Of a stretch of 64,000 nt of DNA, positions 11,344-23,549 are shown piece by piece. Where the stretch lies: positions 10,850,001 through 10,914,000 of the forward strand of contig JBHGNT010000020.1 in the NCBI GenBank assembly GCA_043228905.1. Reading direction: 5' to 3'. The notes beneath the pieces are model-generated. The model saw only the letters and a list, made by a program, of their open reading frames with translations, had not been told where the DNA came from and searched no databases. Position 1 is the stretch's first letter. Each line of letters begins with the position of its first letter. Source of the stretch: Azolla caroliniana (taxonomy: Eukaryota; Plantae; Polypodiophyta). A program made the position numbers and the translations under genes.

Positions 11344-13460
11344 TCTCGGTTATCGGAGCCGAGGGAGTCGCGGTTACGCTCGTGGTTCGGCCTGACCGTC
11401 AAAAACTGGACAGAATGGCGCCCGTCCTGGCTCTTGACCCTCGCATAGGCCGAACCGTTGTCCAGCACCTTGGTCTCCATTCGAGCCGCCGTGATGTACG
11501 GCTCTCCCAGTATGACGGGGTGCGATGACGACTCCTGCACGAAGAAGTGCTGGTCTATCTCGACATCGCCGATCTTGACCCGTACATTCGGGCAGGCCCC
11601 GTGAAGTTCCTCGGTGGCGCGCGTCGCCGCCCTTATCTTCCACCCGTGCTTGGTGTTGATCGGCCATTTGCCCTTCTTATAGAAGTCCATGGACATCAGG
11701 TTGATTTCCGATCCGTGGTCCACCAAAGCTACTACCGGTTCCTGGACATCGCCGATCTTTACCGGGGTTTCCGTGGTCGCTCGGGCCCAGTGTGGCCGCG
11801 AATAGTGGCTCTCCGCCCACTCGTCTTCCAGCGCCATGTCGTCCAGGTGCGTCGTTCGCACTTCCACCGGTCTTTCCGGTTCTGTCTCCGTTGACAGCCT
11901 CTTCCGTTTCACCAAGTCCACGATGGAGTCGTGGAACTCCTTCTTGGCGATTCCCAGCACCTCCCGTAGCGACAGCTCCACCTTGCTGTCGAGGATCCGT
12001 TCCTCCAGGACCTTTCGCAAGTCCGTGGTTCTTTCTATCTCCGTCCCCAGACGGTATCCGCCCTTCTGGGGTTTATCTTGCGTACCGGCCCCGCCGGCTT
12101 CGTCCCGTCGTGGCCCGGACCGGGTCTCGTATCGCTGTGAGGGCCCGGTCGTCCCGGGTTTCCCCACCCGCTTCTCTTCTACCAGAGCCTCGTAGTTCCG
12201 GCAAGCGGCTTCCACGAAGCCCGTCTTTTCCTCGACCGGGTCGCTCCACCCGGTCATCTCCCGTACCCGTCTCTCCGCACGGTCCGATTCCTCCCTTTTA
12301 AGCCCTGCACCGGCAAGGCCTTCCAGCATCGTCGGCCAGAATCCGGCTTTGCTTTCCTTTCGGGCCTCGCCACCCCCGACTCGAATACCGGCCGACGCCG
12401 AGTAGTGGACGGTTTCCGCATGTCGGGCCGCCGCCTCTTCCATCAACCTCTTCATTCCGCCTCGCCCGTCGTTTCGGTTCAGGGCCCTTCTCGTGTCGTT
12501 GGCGTGAACCCGGCCTTCCCATAGGTACACCACCCGGTTCGTCAGCGCCTCTGCGAAATCGCCGCAGTCTTTCCGGATGTGGCCGACCCCGTCGCACCAC
12601 ATGCACCTGTTCCCTGCCGCCGGCCGTCGGTCACGAGCAGGACCTCCGCCTTCTCTGCGGGCTTGTGCGATTTGGAGGTCTTTTATCGCCCTCGTCAGTT
12701 CCTCCAACGCAGCCCCTCCAGTCGAGCCTCTCATCACGCCGGTCGGATCTGAACCGGATTCCAGCCACTCCCGAGTCTCTTCCCTTCGCATCGGCTGCGC
12801 CGGCTCGAGTTTCCTCGCCGCGACTGAGCCCGACCCGGTTGCCCTGTCATCCTCCCATTCTCGCCGTTTGTCGAAACGGCCGCAGGCTCTCTTGACCGCC
12901 GCCCAGTCGGCCGTCAGCCCGTCTTCGGTTTCTAGCAGGGCGCCCACGTGACTCCGATCCCTCTCGTCAACCGATTTGACGAACAGCAGGACCCGGCTTG
13001 TATCCAGGACCATCCTGTCAAGCGCCGAAAGGCGCGCGAAGTTCTCCTCGAACTCCCGGAGGAGTGCCGACGCATTCCTTCCTTTCCCGGGAGACTCCAC
13101 CCACTCCATGAAGCTTCGCTTCGAAAGCCGGAGCGCGTCGTCCAGTCCGTATTTTTCCAGGAGCCGACCTTCGAACTCCTCCCAGGTACGGCTCTCCGCC
13201 CGCACCTCGAGCACCTCCGCGTGGATGCTCGGCATCGCCACTCGGGGAAAACCGGCAAGACGCCTGTCTTCCGGAATGTCCCGCATTAACATTTCCGCAC
13301 CGTAGGACGCCAGGTACTTCGTGGCATCTTTTTCGGTGAATCGACCGATCGTTCCGACGACCGCCTCAATAGCTCTATCGAGGGCGCCGGTGCCCTCGCG
13401 CGCGCTTACTATCCGATCCACGGCCGAAGCCATGGCCTCTGCAAGATCCGCCCCCTTCAT
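11334..13460 (-). CDS. gag: Gypsy gag-protease polyprotein (708 aa)
   Basis: CCHC knuckle CMWCDGVGHIRKDC; retropepsin motifs VVALVDHGSEIN and VILGEPY; starts ~20 nt after the PBS. Confidence 0.9.
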   Translation of the reverse strand: MKGADLAEAMASAVDRIVSAREGTGALDRAIEAVVGTIGRFTEKDATKYLASYGAEMLMRDIPEDRRLAGFPRVAMPSIHAEVLEVRAESRTWEEFEGRLLEKYGLDDALRLSKRSFMEWVESPGKGRNASALLREFEENFARLSALDRMVLDTSRVLLFVKSVDERDRSHVGALLETEDGLTADWAAVKRACGRFDKRREWEDDRATGSGSVAARKLEPAQPMRREETREWLESGSDPTGVMRGSTGGAALEELTRAIKDLQIAQARREGGGPARDRRPAAGNRCMWCDGVGHIRKDCGDFAEALTNRVVYLWEGRVHANDTRRALNRNDGRGGMKRLMEEAAARHAETVHYSASAGIRVGGGEARKESKAGFWPTMLEGLAGAGLKREESDRAERRVREMTGWSDPVEEKTGFVEAACRNYEALVEEKRVGKPGTTGPSQRYETRSGPRRDEAGGAGTQDKPQKGGYRLGTEIERTTDLRKVLEERILDSKVELSLREVLGIAKKEFHDSIVDLVKRKRLSTETEPERPVEVRTTHLDDMALEDEWAESHYSRPHWARATTETPVKIGDVQEPVVALVDHGSEINLMSMDFYKKGKWPINTKHGWKIRAATRATEELHGACPNVRVKIGDVEIDQHFFVQESSSHPVILGEPYITAARMETKVLDNGSAYARVKSQDGRHSVQFLTVRPNHERNRDSLGSDNREDF

Positions 13461-13482
13461 TTCCTACTCTTCTGCCGCCTCT

Positions 13483-13500
13483 TTCACGTCGGGTTCACCA
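13483..13500 (-). promoter_or_regulatory. Primer-binding site complementary to the 3' end of tRNA-Trp
   Basis: TGGTGAACCCGACGTGAA, 3 nt after the 5' LTR, matches the plant tRNA-Trp 3' end ...TTCACGTCGGGTTCA-CCA (recalled sequence). Confidence 0.8.
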
Positions 13501-13503
13501 AGA

Positions 13504-14215
13504 TGTCGGGGTTGCTACGCCCTTGCGTGTAGAAAGGAGGAGGGACCACGGGGGTCTCGAACCGAAGAGCAAGAGAGAGAGATAAGAGAGAGACCCGGTT
13601 ACACAGAACCGAAGATCCGATTGCGCAGAACCGACAATCGCACAGGGACACGGCCCAACAAACAGAGATCACAAATAAACGCCGACACAGATGGACGCAA
13701 CAACGAGAGATATGTACTTATGAATGCAAGAAAATAACAAGCTAAAGCATTACAACCCACAGTGGGGCACAAAATAGATACTAACGAAAACGAACAGGGC
13801 GGCGAACAGCTGCCGACCCCCGTATGTCGCGACGCACAGAAAGGGAAAACAGGTCGGAGGTGCTGCAGGACGCACTCGGGCGTTCCACGGAACAGCGCAA
13901 GCCTCCTCGAAACCTGCACAGGTACGCGATGGAGCAGAAGACAGAGAGAGCAGGAGTGAGAGAGAAGCTCCGAAATCGGTTCGGCAGCACTTCGTCCTCT
14001 CCGCGGGAGATCCCCACTTCTCGTCTTCCTCTTCCTTTTATAGCCCGTCAAGAGGCCGTTTGGCATTAACTGCACACCAACCGAATCTCCCGCCTAGGAT
14101 CCCCGTATGTACCTACCTCGTCCTTAGGTACTTCTTGGCGCGCGTGTGTGTGTGTAGAGCCGTTTCCCACGCCTTGTTCCTCCGATTCCTCTCGCGGGCG
14201 GTTTTCTTCACGACA
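13504..14215 (-). repeat. 5' LTR of the young Gypsy
   Basis: Direct repeat of 7061-7772, adjacent to the PBS. Confidence 0.95.
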
Positions 14216-15017
14216 ACGCATGTACGAAGAAAGCCCGATTATGACAAGGCTTAGTAGGCCACATGAGCCTCCAAGCAATCAAAGCACATCTCGGCTGAGT
14301 TCGAAGCTGGACAAAGGGAAGGTGAAAATGCCGGAGTATGAAGAAGATCACTTCGACAACAACGAATTGACTCACTCCCTCGGTAGTGAGTCCGAAGGCC
14401 TTGACATCCAGACAAATGGAGCGAAGAAAACCTTAGTGTCTGCAAATGAGAAGCTCCGCCGATCTACCCGTGAAAAGAACCCCGTAAGACGATTTGGCTA
14501 CAACAATTATATGGCGTACCATTACACCTTTATGATGAAGGTAGTGTTAGTACGGGAGCCAGAAACCCTTTCCGAAGCCATAACATATCTGCAATGGGTC
14601 GACACGATGAATGAAGAAATGGAAGCCCTATGCAAAAAAGAGACATGGGATCTCGTTCCTCACTCTCCGCACACGAAAGCGATTGGCTATCGATAGATTT
14701 ACAAAGTGAAACACAATGCCGACGGCTCCATAAATCACTTCAAAGCATAGCTCTTTGCGAAAGGATACGCACAAACACATGGAGTTGACTACGAAGAGAC
14801 CTTTGCCCCGGTGGCAAAGATGACAACTGTGCAGTCCGTGATTGCAATCGCGGCCGCAAAAGGGTGGCACCTCCACTAGATGGACGTCAAGAACGCCTTT
14901 CTTCAAGGTGAATTAGAAGAGGTGTACATGATCCAACCACCCAGTTTTGAATCACGCAATCATCCGAACGTCGTGTGTCGACTCAAGAAGCCACTCTACG
15001 ACCTCAAACAAGCATGG

Positions 15018-15198
15018 TTACGCAGTATGTTCATCAAATCAGATTTTGAATGTCGCACTCGAAGATTACACAGTATGTTCATCAAATCAGATTTCGAATG
15101 TCGCACTCGAAGATTACGCACTATGTTCATCAAATCAGATTTCGAATGTCGCACTCGAAGATTACACAGTATGTTCATCAAATCAGATTTTGAATGTC
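15018..15198. repeat. ~3.8 x 48-bp tandem repeat inside Copia RT
   Basis: Units start at 15018, 15066, 15114 and 15162 (ttacRcagtatgttcatcaaatcagattt...). Confidence 0.9.
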
Positions 15199-16836
15199 AA
15201 AATCGGATAATTCTTTGTACATCCGAAATGAGTTGGATAGCTCGATTGTCATCATCCTATACGTGGATGATTTGGTCATCGGAGGAAAGGATCTCGCCGA
15301 GATTAACAAGGTCAAAACACTTCTCTCCGGCAGATTCAAAATGAAAGACTTGCATAAGCTCCATTATGTCTTAGACATCAAAGTAATTCGGACACTAGTT
15401 GGGATAATGCTCTCACAACGACACTATGTCCTCAATTTACTCTACAAGTTCGGGATGACGGAGTGCAAACCTGTGTCCACCCCGCTTGACCGTAATCTCA
15501 AGCTTGATGTCGATTCTGGCACAGTTGAGTGCAAGCCAACTCAATATCGCCAATTGATCGGCAACCTCATCTACCTAACCATTACGCGATTCGAGCTCAG
15601 CTATTCGGTCCGCCTACTTACCCAATTCATGCAGAATCTGCAAAACCTTCATCTTGATATCGCTAAGAGGGTACTTTGGTACGCTAGTGGTACAATGGAT
15701 TACACATCATATACAGGTCAAATACGATAATTCGACTTGAAGGGTACACAGACGCGGACTGGGCAGGTTATAAAGCGGATAGATGGTCAACATTAGGATT
15801 TGTCTTCTCCCTCAGAAATAGAGCAATCCCATGGAGTAGTAAGAAGCAACCGACAGTCGCATTGTCGAGCACGGAGGTTGAATACAGGGGCGTGACAGTC
15901 GCCACGTGCGAAGCCGTATGGCTCAAGCGTATATTGAAGGATCTGGGCGTACCCATCAAGGATTTGATTCGTTTATACTACGATAACATGAGCAATATCT
16001 ACCTGGCATGGAACCCCGTATTCCACGCGCAGACTAAGCATGTCGAAGTGCATTACCACTTCAACCGCGAACGCGTGCAGGCCGGAGATATAGACTTACA
16101 TCACATCAACACGAATCTATAGGTAGTCGACATTTTCACGAAAGCCCTGGGTATCGACAAGCTGCGACAGTTCATGACGAATCTTGGCCTATCTATTCTC
16201 GACCAGACGAGCTTTAGGGGGAGTACAGAATAGTGAATTGATCGATTGATTGAAGCCGAACAAGGAGTACGCAACCAAAAAGCTGAACAATCAAAGTTCA
16301 AAGCATTCCAAAGACCGATCTGAAACAATTTTTTGGATATCCGGAAGTTGTGTTCGCAGGGGCGTGTTGCGAATCAAACTCAACTTCCCATAGAAATAGG
16401 TTTCACACTATCTCATGGACATACCAGCCTAGTCTTGTAAATAGTAGAAAGGGCCCTTGCCCTAGTTTAGTTGGTATTTAAACCAACCTTTTGTAACTTT
16501 GTTATTGTTGGAAGTAGTATAGAGTTTTATCATCTTAAGACTCTCTCTCTTTGTTTCTCATAAGTGTTCACACATACACCCACATAGTCCTTCCGTTGGA
16601 TACAATCACTCTCCTTTCTTTACAAGGCCTTCAAGAAGCGGTACGAGCCGGAACTAGATCTAGAGATGGGAGAAGGCGGGGGCGAGAGTGAGGAGCAAGA
16701 AGGAGACCTGGTCGGCGACGGTTTGGGAGAGGATGAATAAAGGTCGAGCCAGAATCCCCACCTCTACACTACTTGGCACATGTTGGAGGATGTCCGGTTT
16801 GGTGGGGGTGGATGTCGTGATGGATTCTGACCATAG

Positions 16837-19462
16837 AAAGAAAGAAAGAAAGTTATATTAATGTCTTCTAAGGCCAAAATTGGCCCATGAGATAGTTGGT
16901 TTACAGCAAGAATGAATATTTATCCAATCATCAAAACTAAAATAAAAGTAAAGTAAAAATAGCTTAAGCTAAAAGAGTTCTAGTCGTGTACAAAACATAG
17001 TATACTTGATAAAAAAGAAGTGACTTTGCACTAAGCCTAATTTCATTTCCACCCAAGCCTCTTGAAAAGAAGTGGGAGGTCAAAGGGTTTTGGTGTGGGT
17101 GTGACCCATGGCCCCAATGTATAGAGTGCCCCAACCATGGATTCTAGGCGGTGTAGCTCACATTCCCTTATTTTCTTTATTGCTTCTACATCACGTCGAG
17201 TTGCTTTGAAACCCGGCATCCGAGGGCGTTTGGTTCTTCTTTGATTTTCTACTTCATCAAGGAAAAGCTCGAGTGGTGCAGGCGTGTCGACATTCGTTGT
17301 CTCCCCCTGTTCCTAAAAGACTTCATTTGTTACATGTTGGTGAACATTAGCAACCCTATTGTCAACATTTTGTAACTTATTCTCTCTGTGTTGTTAAAGG
17401 CTTGATGGGATATTCTATCATGTGGTTGGCTATGTATCCTGTGGATAAAGACTACAAGTTGAAAAAGTGCTTCTACTAACATCAGGGGTAGAGTGAACTC
17501 ATCCCTAATAATGTCATGTGGGATTGTCGATTTGCTTCGGAGTTGGCGTGATAACATCATCACCAATGGTCTCTCTAATTGCGTCCACATGAAAGATGGT
17601 AGTCTTGGAGCCCAAACCACTGATGCATACATGAGGGAGGGAGTCACTAATGAGTCAAAGAGCCACCCCTGGAAGTATGCTTGATGGCATTGTCTTTCGA
17701 GGAGTGAGAGGGATGCATGTCCTCTCGTTAGTCTATTCTTCGTTGCTTGTGTCATCGAAAATTTACCTGAGCGGGCACTGAAAGTGACTCCGAGATAGAC
17801 ATATGATCCAACCACCTCAACTGGGCTATGGGAGATAGTTAGGTGAGACTTAGCTCTAACTTGGGCCGACGTGTGGAAGATAAGGACTTTAGTTTTCCCT
17901 AGATTCACTACCAATCCTCGTTGTGCACAAAAGTCATCTAAGGCATTAAGGTGCCTTTGTCGGTCGTGTTCAGATTTAGAGAGAAAGACTATGTCATTTG
18001 CATAGAGCAAGATACGAACCTGTGTATCCCCAAGGACTACTCCATTGCCTCCCTTATGATCAATAAAATCTGTGATCTCATCAATGTAGATTCCAAAAAG
18101 AGTCGGAGATAGGGGACAACCTTGTTTTACACCAATAATGCTAGTGAAACAATCGGATAGGCCACTTGGGCATCGAACACACCCGGACACTTGTTCATAT
18201 AGTGCGTGGATGGCCCAAACCATATCATCTGGTATCCTCAAGCTTTTAAGCCTATCAAACAACCGCTCCCTAGGGACCGTGTCAAAGGCTTTGTGGAAGT
18301 CCACAAAACAACAATATAATTTCTTCTTGTGAGCCTTAGTCTGGTCAATTAAGCATCTAAGTGTGAAGATATGATCAATAGTGGAGAAGGCTCGTCTAAA
18401 GCCAGCCTGTTTAGGTGCGTGAAGATTTAAGGTCTCTAGATAATTGCAAAGCTTTGTCTCCATTATTGCACCATATAATTTAGCAAGGGTATGACCTATC
18501 ATAATGGTCCTATATGTATTTGGGTCCATGGGGTCCCCCCGTTTATGTATAGGGGCCACTGTGTTCATGGTCCATTGTGGTGGAAAACCCTCAGCGAGGG
18601 CACGATTGAAGATTAGAGTTAGCAAGGGAGCTAAGCACTCTATCACATATATGATGTGTTCTGCTCGCAATCCTGTGTGGTCCATGCACTTCCTATGTTG
18701 TAATTTCTTTATGACCTTCGTGACCCTAGAGGTCATGAAGAGTGTCCCCACGGTAGGCCGGGGTGTAGAAGGCATTGGAATGGGTGGTTGGTTTGGGATT
18801 TGGTAAAGTCTCTTTGTATATGTGTGCCAAGTTTCGGGATCTTCGATGGGTGTTTGTGGTCTTGGTTCCCGTAATCTCTTCCATGCAGTGGCGCAATCGC
18901 TACTCATGAGCATATGGTAGAGTTCCCAATATTGGGATGTCTCCCATGCTCGTCTCTTATGACGTGTCATCTTGTGCATTTCTTTGCGAGCTTGTATTGA
19001 GGTAATGCTACCACTTAGTTGCAATATTGTAAGTTGTCTATGTAAGTAGCTACAGTCCTCATCATACCATCTATTTTGTGGCATAGATCCTAATCTACCT
19101 TGATTGGAGTGTTTCGTATATGGGAAACTGTTAACTGCTGCGGAGTGAAGGATGTGTGTGAGTTTCGTACTAAGGCTCTCTAAAGGTTGGGAGGGATCAA
19201 AGGAGGAGAGATGGGCTTGAACATGTTGAGCATATATGTCAGAGCGCTCATGTGTGAAATGTATTGTGGTGTGATGTCGTGGTTGACTAGAGTTGGTGAC
19301 GTTAGAGATATCACATTTTAGCTCGAAGTGTAAGAAACTATGGTCCGCGCCAATAGGGCATGGGGCCACCCGGAAGGAGTTAATCATGTGGGTAGCTTCA
19401 AGGCGTCCTATTAGATGATCAACTGTGCTTTCCCCTCCTCCATGTGGGAAACATGTGAGCTC
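16837..19462 (-). mobile_element. 5'-truncated LINE (RTE/RTEX-like) with (CTTT)n tail, inserted in the Gypsy LTR
   Basis: ORF 17330-~19460 carries the C-terminal APE motifs (STVD, ADH) and RT motifs QAGFR, GVKQGCPLSP and LLYAND (YADD mutated). (gaaa)n at 16836-16852; TSD-like tctgac(c)atag on both sides. Confidence 0.85.
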
Positions 19463-20360
19463 TCTGACATAGCCAGATGCGCGTGAACAGGTGTGTGCAC
19501 GGATGCACATGAACTTAAGTCATTGTGTACAAATATATGTAAATAGCATAAGACTAGTAAGTACTAGGGAGTAGGATTTAATAGGTACTTTAAAGACCTG
19601 CATGGATAGAGAGGATACATGGATTTGATGTGAAGAAATCAGGGAGAATCTCTACCCCTGATCATGATGTAATGGTCACCTCTTGTGCTATAAAAGGGGA
19701 GGCTTGAGCCTGTTTTGGGGATCGAGGGATTTGGGAGGAAAAAGTGTTGTTGATTTGAGTGCCGAGCTCTCTCTCTCTCTCTCTCTCTCTCACCTCTCTG
19801 TGTGCCGTGCGCTGTACTGATTTGAGGAAGAAGTTGAAGCTCTGCTTGTGTTGGAAGCCGTGTGCTCCCAACCAAAGTTTCATCATTCCACGCATGTGTG
19901 AGTGTGTGCAGCTCGTAGCTTTGTCTCCGACTGAGTCCGGTTGTAATCTCTTCTTCTCTGATAATCATTAATATTTTGCCGAGTCTTCCTTGTGTACGGG
20001 CATTACCGTGTTGTTCCTTCTTGTTTTTGTTGTGTGTGCATCAATGTTTGCATGCCCATGGGCTTATCGTTGTTGTCTGACATCTTGCCCAGAATAGTTC
20101 ACTCCTTCAATCCCTTGTGCTAACCATTCGGTATCTGGGAATCGTTCAGGATCAAACACGCGGTTGGAAACCGATTTGGCAAAGCCATCCAGACTTCCAC
20201 CCGGTCCTTCCTACTCCCACCCCGTTTCGACACATCCCCATGGAATACCGCGACAACGTGGTCTTCAACGAAGCCTCAATCCTCTCTAGCCTCAAGGGAG
20301 AACCGATTACAACAGTCTTTGTACAGAGTGTATAAGCCACACAGGGCCCTTGGCGTCTAC

Positions 20361-20886
20361 TGTTACACAGCTATGGTGCCGTTCACTCACGCACTCTCTC
20401 TCTTTCCTGCACTCTCACACTCTCACACTCTCTCTCAATTCCTATTCCGTTCTGTATCGAAGCACTTCATTATGTTTTGCATCGCACACTATAATGTTTG
20501 CCCTAGGTGGATTTATACTCATACACAATATGGGCTATTTACAAATATAGTTGTTATTATTATCTAATAATAATAATTTAAACTCAGTTAGACAACTAAC
20601 TAATCGACTCGTATGTCAATTATCCTATCAGCCCGACTAGTCGACTGCTCTGTCGACTAACCAGTCAGACCGACTGGTCGGCCTTTTCCTCGTCTTGGAG
20701 CATCCATGATGTAGTCGACTATTATAGTCCACTCTCTCTATCTCCATCAGAGTAGTCAACAACACTATCGACTCACTGGTCAATCCAATTGACCATCTAG
20801 TGTTTGGCTTGTCTCTGTTCGACTGTCGACTTCTCTCATAGACATTGATTGTTGACTTCTCCCATAGGAGGGACATATTCCTAACA
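20361..20886 (-). mobile_element. Copia-type LTR (solo or recombined)
   Basis: TGTTA...TAACA ends; shares the tttata...gggctatttacaaatat block with the LTRs at 31131 and 58371; no matching TSD. Confidence 0.55.
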
Positions 20887-23549
20887 CATCGGAGGTAGCA
20901 AAGGAAGTCATCTGGCTACAACGACAATCACCCAACTTCTTGGCAACAAGACAAATCGACCATCCAATGCTGATCGTCTATTGCGACTCTCAGAGCGCAA
21001 TACACCTCATTAGAAATCCAGTCTATCATGCGAAGATGAAGCACATTGAGTACGATTTCATCATATCTGCAAACTCGTAATAGAGAAGAAGCTTGAAGTC
21101 TGAAAGATCAACACCAAGATGAACATCATCTATTGCGACTCTCAGAATGCAATACACCTCATTAGAAATCCACTCTATCATGCGAAGAAGAAGCACATTG
21201 AGGTACAGTTTCATCATATCTGGGAGCTCGTAATAGAGAAGCAGCTTGAAGTCTGAAAGATCAACACCGAGGTGAACATCATCGATTTCTTGATGAAGCC
21301 ACTCCTAGATCAATGCTTTGGAGCGCTGAGGACAATGATGGGACTACGACAAGAGACCAAGCAGAAGAGAGCCGAACATACAGAAGCAAGAGAAAAGTCG
21401 AAGACCGGCCTGATCAAATGAGCCCAAAAGGCAAAGTTAAAAGAATCAGAATACCAAGAGGTTGAAGATGCAACACTGAGCGAGGATACCGATTGGATAG
21501 GAAACAATCAAGGGGTAAATGAACCCAAAGACAGATCGAAGATTCAACGAGGAGCACAAGAACAAGCGTATACAGGGAGCAAACAACTGACCAGAGGCCA
21601 AGAGTCAGAATTGGACACGAGCCAATCTAGACAAACGAGCCGATTCGAACGCAAGACGATTCGAATTAGTCGATCCAACCGACTCAGACATGCCAATCTG
21701 GATGACATGTGATCCGGATAGCTAACCAAATAAGGCTAGAGCCCGACTTCACCCTTGCAGATTCGGCTAAATGCCGATAGTCTTGTATGTATTCTTGTAA
21801 CTATAGATTAGATATGTAATCTAGGTTTACGGGGGAGTTAACCCCGAAATAAATTGTGTATATAGGAAAGCGTAGCCCTTTTACAGGTGAGTTTGTTAGC
21901 ATAAAAGGCCGACTCCTTCCGCTTTGTATCCTAAGTGTGAACACATTCTTAAGTTAGGGTTTAAGTATATAAGCCCAACCCTAACGTTGTAAAGATAGAT
22001 AGATAGATAGATAGATTATATTATCGTCTTCGGAGGTCAAATATGACCTATGAGACCAAAAATATTACATTTCACGTGATATGTGTGAAGGTGAGTAGCG
22101 ACTCTCGATGTTCAAGAACTTTACCAATGAATGTTGCAATCGAGAGTGCACATCGTGGTTGTGAGAGAAATTCGTGCAAGGATTGGGCTCAATCGAAGAG
22201 ATGTGGAAAGCATGGTCGAATATGATCAAAGGCAGAGCATTGTATCAAAGTGTGATACTTAGACTCTCGAACTTGTTTAGGGCAAAGTGTGCATAATCGG
22301 CCACTCTCATCACTTGTGCCCCAATGTCCCGTCTCACATCTCAATGCGTGCGAGCTAAGTCGCATGGAAGCAATGGTTCGAATGATAGATATCGGGATGG
22401 GTTCTAACATGTATCGATGTGTACGACTTCCCCGTTCCGCGAAGAATATGGTTTTGTAGTTAGATGCAACATTTGAAGTATAATGTGTGAAGCGTGAGCC
22501 ACCACATTTGTCCCATGTCATGATACATTGGCATTGCAAAAAGGCCTTATTTACAGAGGAATCTAGTGACGCAGCATGAAGCAAGTGTCTTGTATCCCAT
22601 CTACCAAACCATTTCTCTAAATCTTGCATCCAACCGGAACACAAAATTTTGCTTTTATGCGTCTTTTGGATCTTTTTGCTTGCTTTCCATGCAATTCTAG
22701 GAAGTTGATGTGAGGGGCTTTTTTGAAGCTTAAGCATGTATTCAACAACCCTTTCCATGGCCATGATCTCAATGGGAAGCGATCCCGTCTCAAGGAGGAG
22801 GAGGGTGTAGGGCGTTTGTTTCTTAACTTGTAGAAACTTTGTACGAAAATATTTTTGGACATTTTCAAACTCTTTCCACGTAGATTTAGGGATGCTACTG
22901 CCCCATACTTCCACCCCATAGAGAAGAACTGGGGTCACCAAAGTGTCAAAAAGATATTTCTTGAGGACCCAACACTTGATCTTTGTTTTAGAGCTATTGA
23001 CACTTAATCTAATAAGCTTTTGTGCATCTCCTGAAGTATTTGCAAAAAGCACTACATCATCTGCATATAACAAAAGCATAATCACAACATTCCCAATGAC
23101 AACTTCTTCAACACATTATTCCTTTACAAACTTGGTAACCATTTCTTCTAATTCATCAATGCATAGACCAAATAATGTTGGTGAGAGTTGGCATCCTTTC
23201 TTAACACCAATAGTGCTTTTGAAAAAATCTGAAAGTCTATCTCTCATATGCACACAACATATAACCTTCTCATATATTCGGGAAATTGCAAGAATATATT
23301 CACTTGGCACCTCAAGTTCTTCCATCCACCTCCAAAGATGCTCACGGGGTACCATATCAAAAGTTTTCTTGAAGTCTACAAAGAAAAGAGTTACAAAGAA
23401 GAGAATAAGAGAGAACTTCCATTGAAGCTTAATATGTGTCTATCGTCTACCTCTTCTTCTTGTTGCATATCTGTGTTGTTTGCTATACACATTTTACCTT
23501 ACCGGTCCTCATACACTCTTCCGCATTCATCTGTTCATACACTTCAACA
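20887..23549 (+). mobile_element. Copia 3' remnant: RNaseH (partly duplicated), 3' UTR and 3' LTR 21894-23549 split by a LINE
   Basis: YCDSQSAIHLIRNPVYHAK occurs twice. The LTR start tgttagcataaaaggccgactccttcc matches the LTR family at 53991/57124. Confidence 0.7.
21993..23383 (-). mobile_element. 5'-truncated LINE (RTEX-like) with (ATCT)n tail and C-terminal CCHC motif
   Basis: FVDFKKTFD, GVKKGCQLSP, LLLYADD and RLSSHALRCETG...CTLC...H...C; (agat)x6 at 21993-22016. Confidence 0.85.

Larger units (their letters stand above)
7061..14215 (-). mobile_element. Young full-length non-chromovirus Ty3/Gypsy (FLDD-type RT; possibly Phygy/Selgy-like) with 4-bp TSD ACGC
   Basis: 712-bp LTRs at 7061-7772 and 13504-14215 with one substitution seen. 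ACGC at 7057-7060 and 14216-14219. PPT ggtgggggcgga; tRNA-Trp PBS; gag-PR and RT-RH-INT ORFs. Confidence 0.95.
3874..16624 (+). mobile_element. Degenerate full-length Ty1/Copia. LTRs 3874-4132 and 16365-16624, Met-tRNA-type PBS 4133-4143, TSD AGGCA/AGGCC; hosts two nested inserts
   Basis: TG...CA LTR pair of ~260 bp. Motifs include the gag CGYCGKLRH knuckle, [30 protein letters not shown] and LYVDD, and RNaseH SSTEVEY. Many stops and frameshifts. Confidence 0.9.
1870..20082 (+). mobile_element. Old 5'-truncated Ty3/Gypsy of the same family as 7061-14215. RNaseH-INT remnants at 1870-3146, 3655-3873 and 16625-16740; PPT; 3' LTR 16813-~20082 split by a LINE
   Basis: Degenerate DKDYLI..IIETDC, MADMLSRARF, GDWVLVYDNSLDNQH and KRIKA|FKKR rejoin across the nested inserts. 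PPT ggtgggggtgga is followed by TGTCGTGA. The LTR TATA ctataaaagg matches the young copy. Confidence 0.75.

Noticed and set aside
7705-13737. Many overlapping antisense ORFs up to 258 aa
   Set aside because: They are shadows of GC-rich gag/pol codon usage and carry no recognisable motifs.
20083-20360. Possible host exon between LTRs
   Set aside because: No recognisable protein motif or convincing splice sites.
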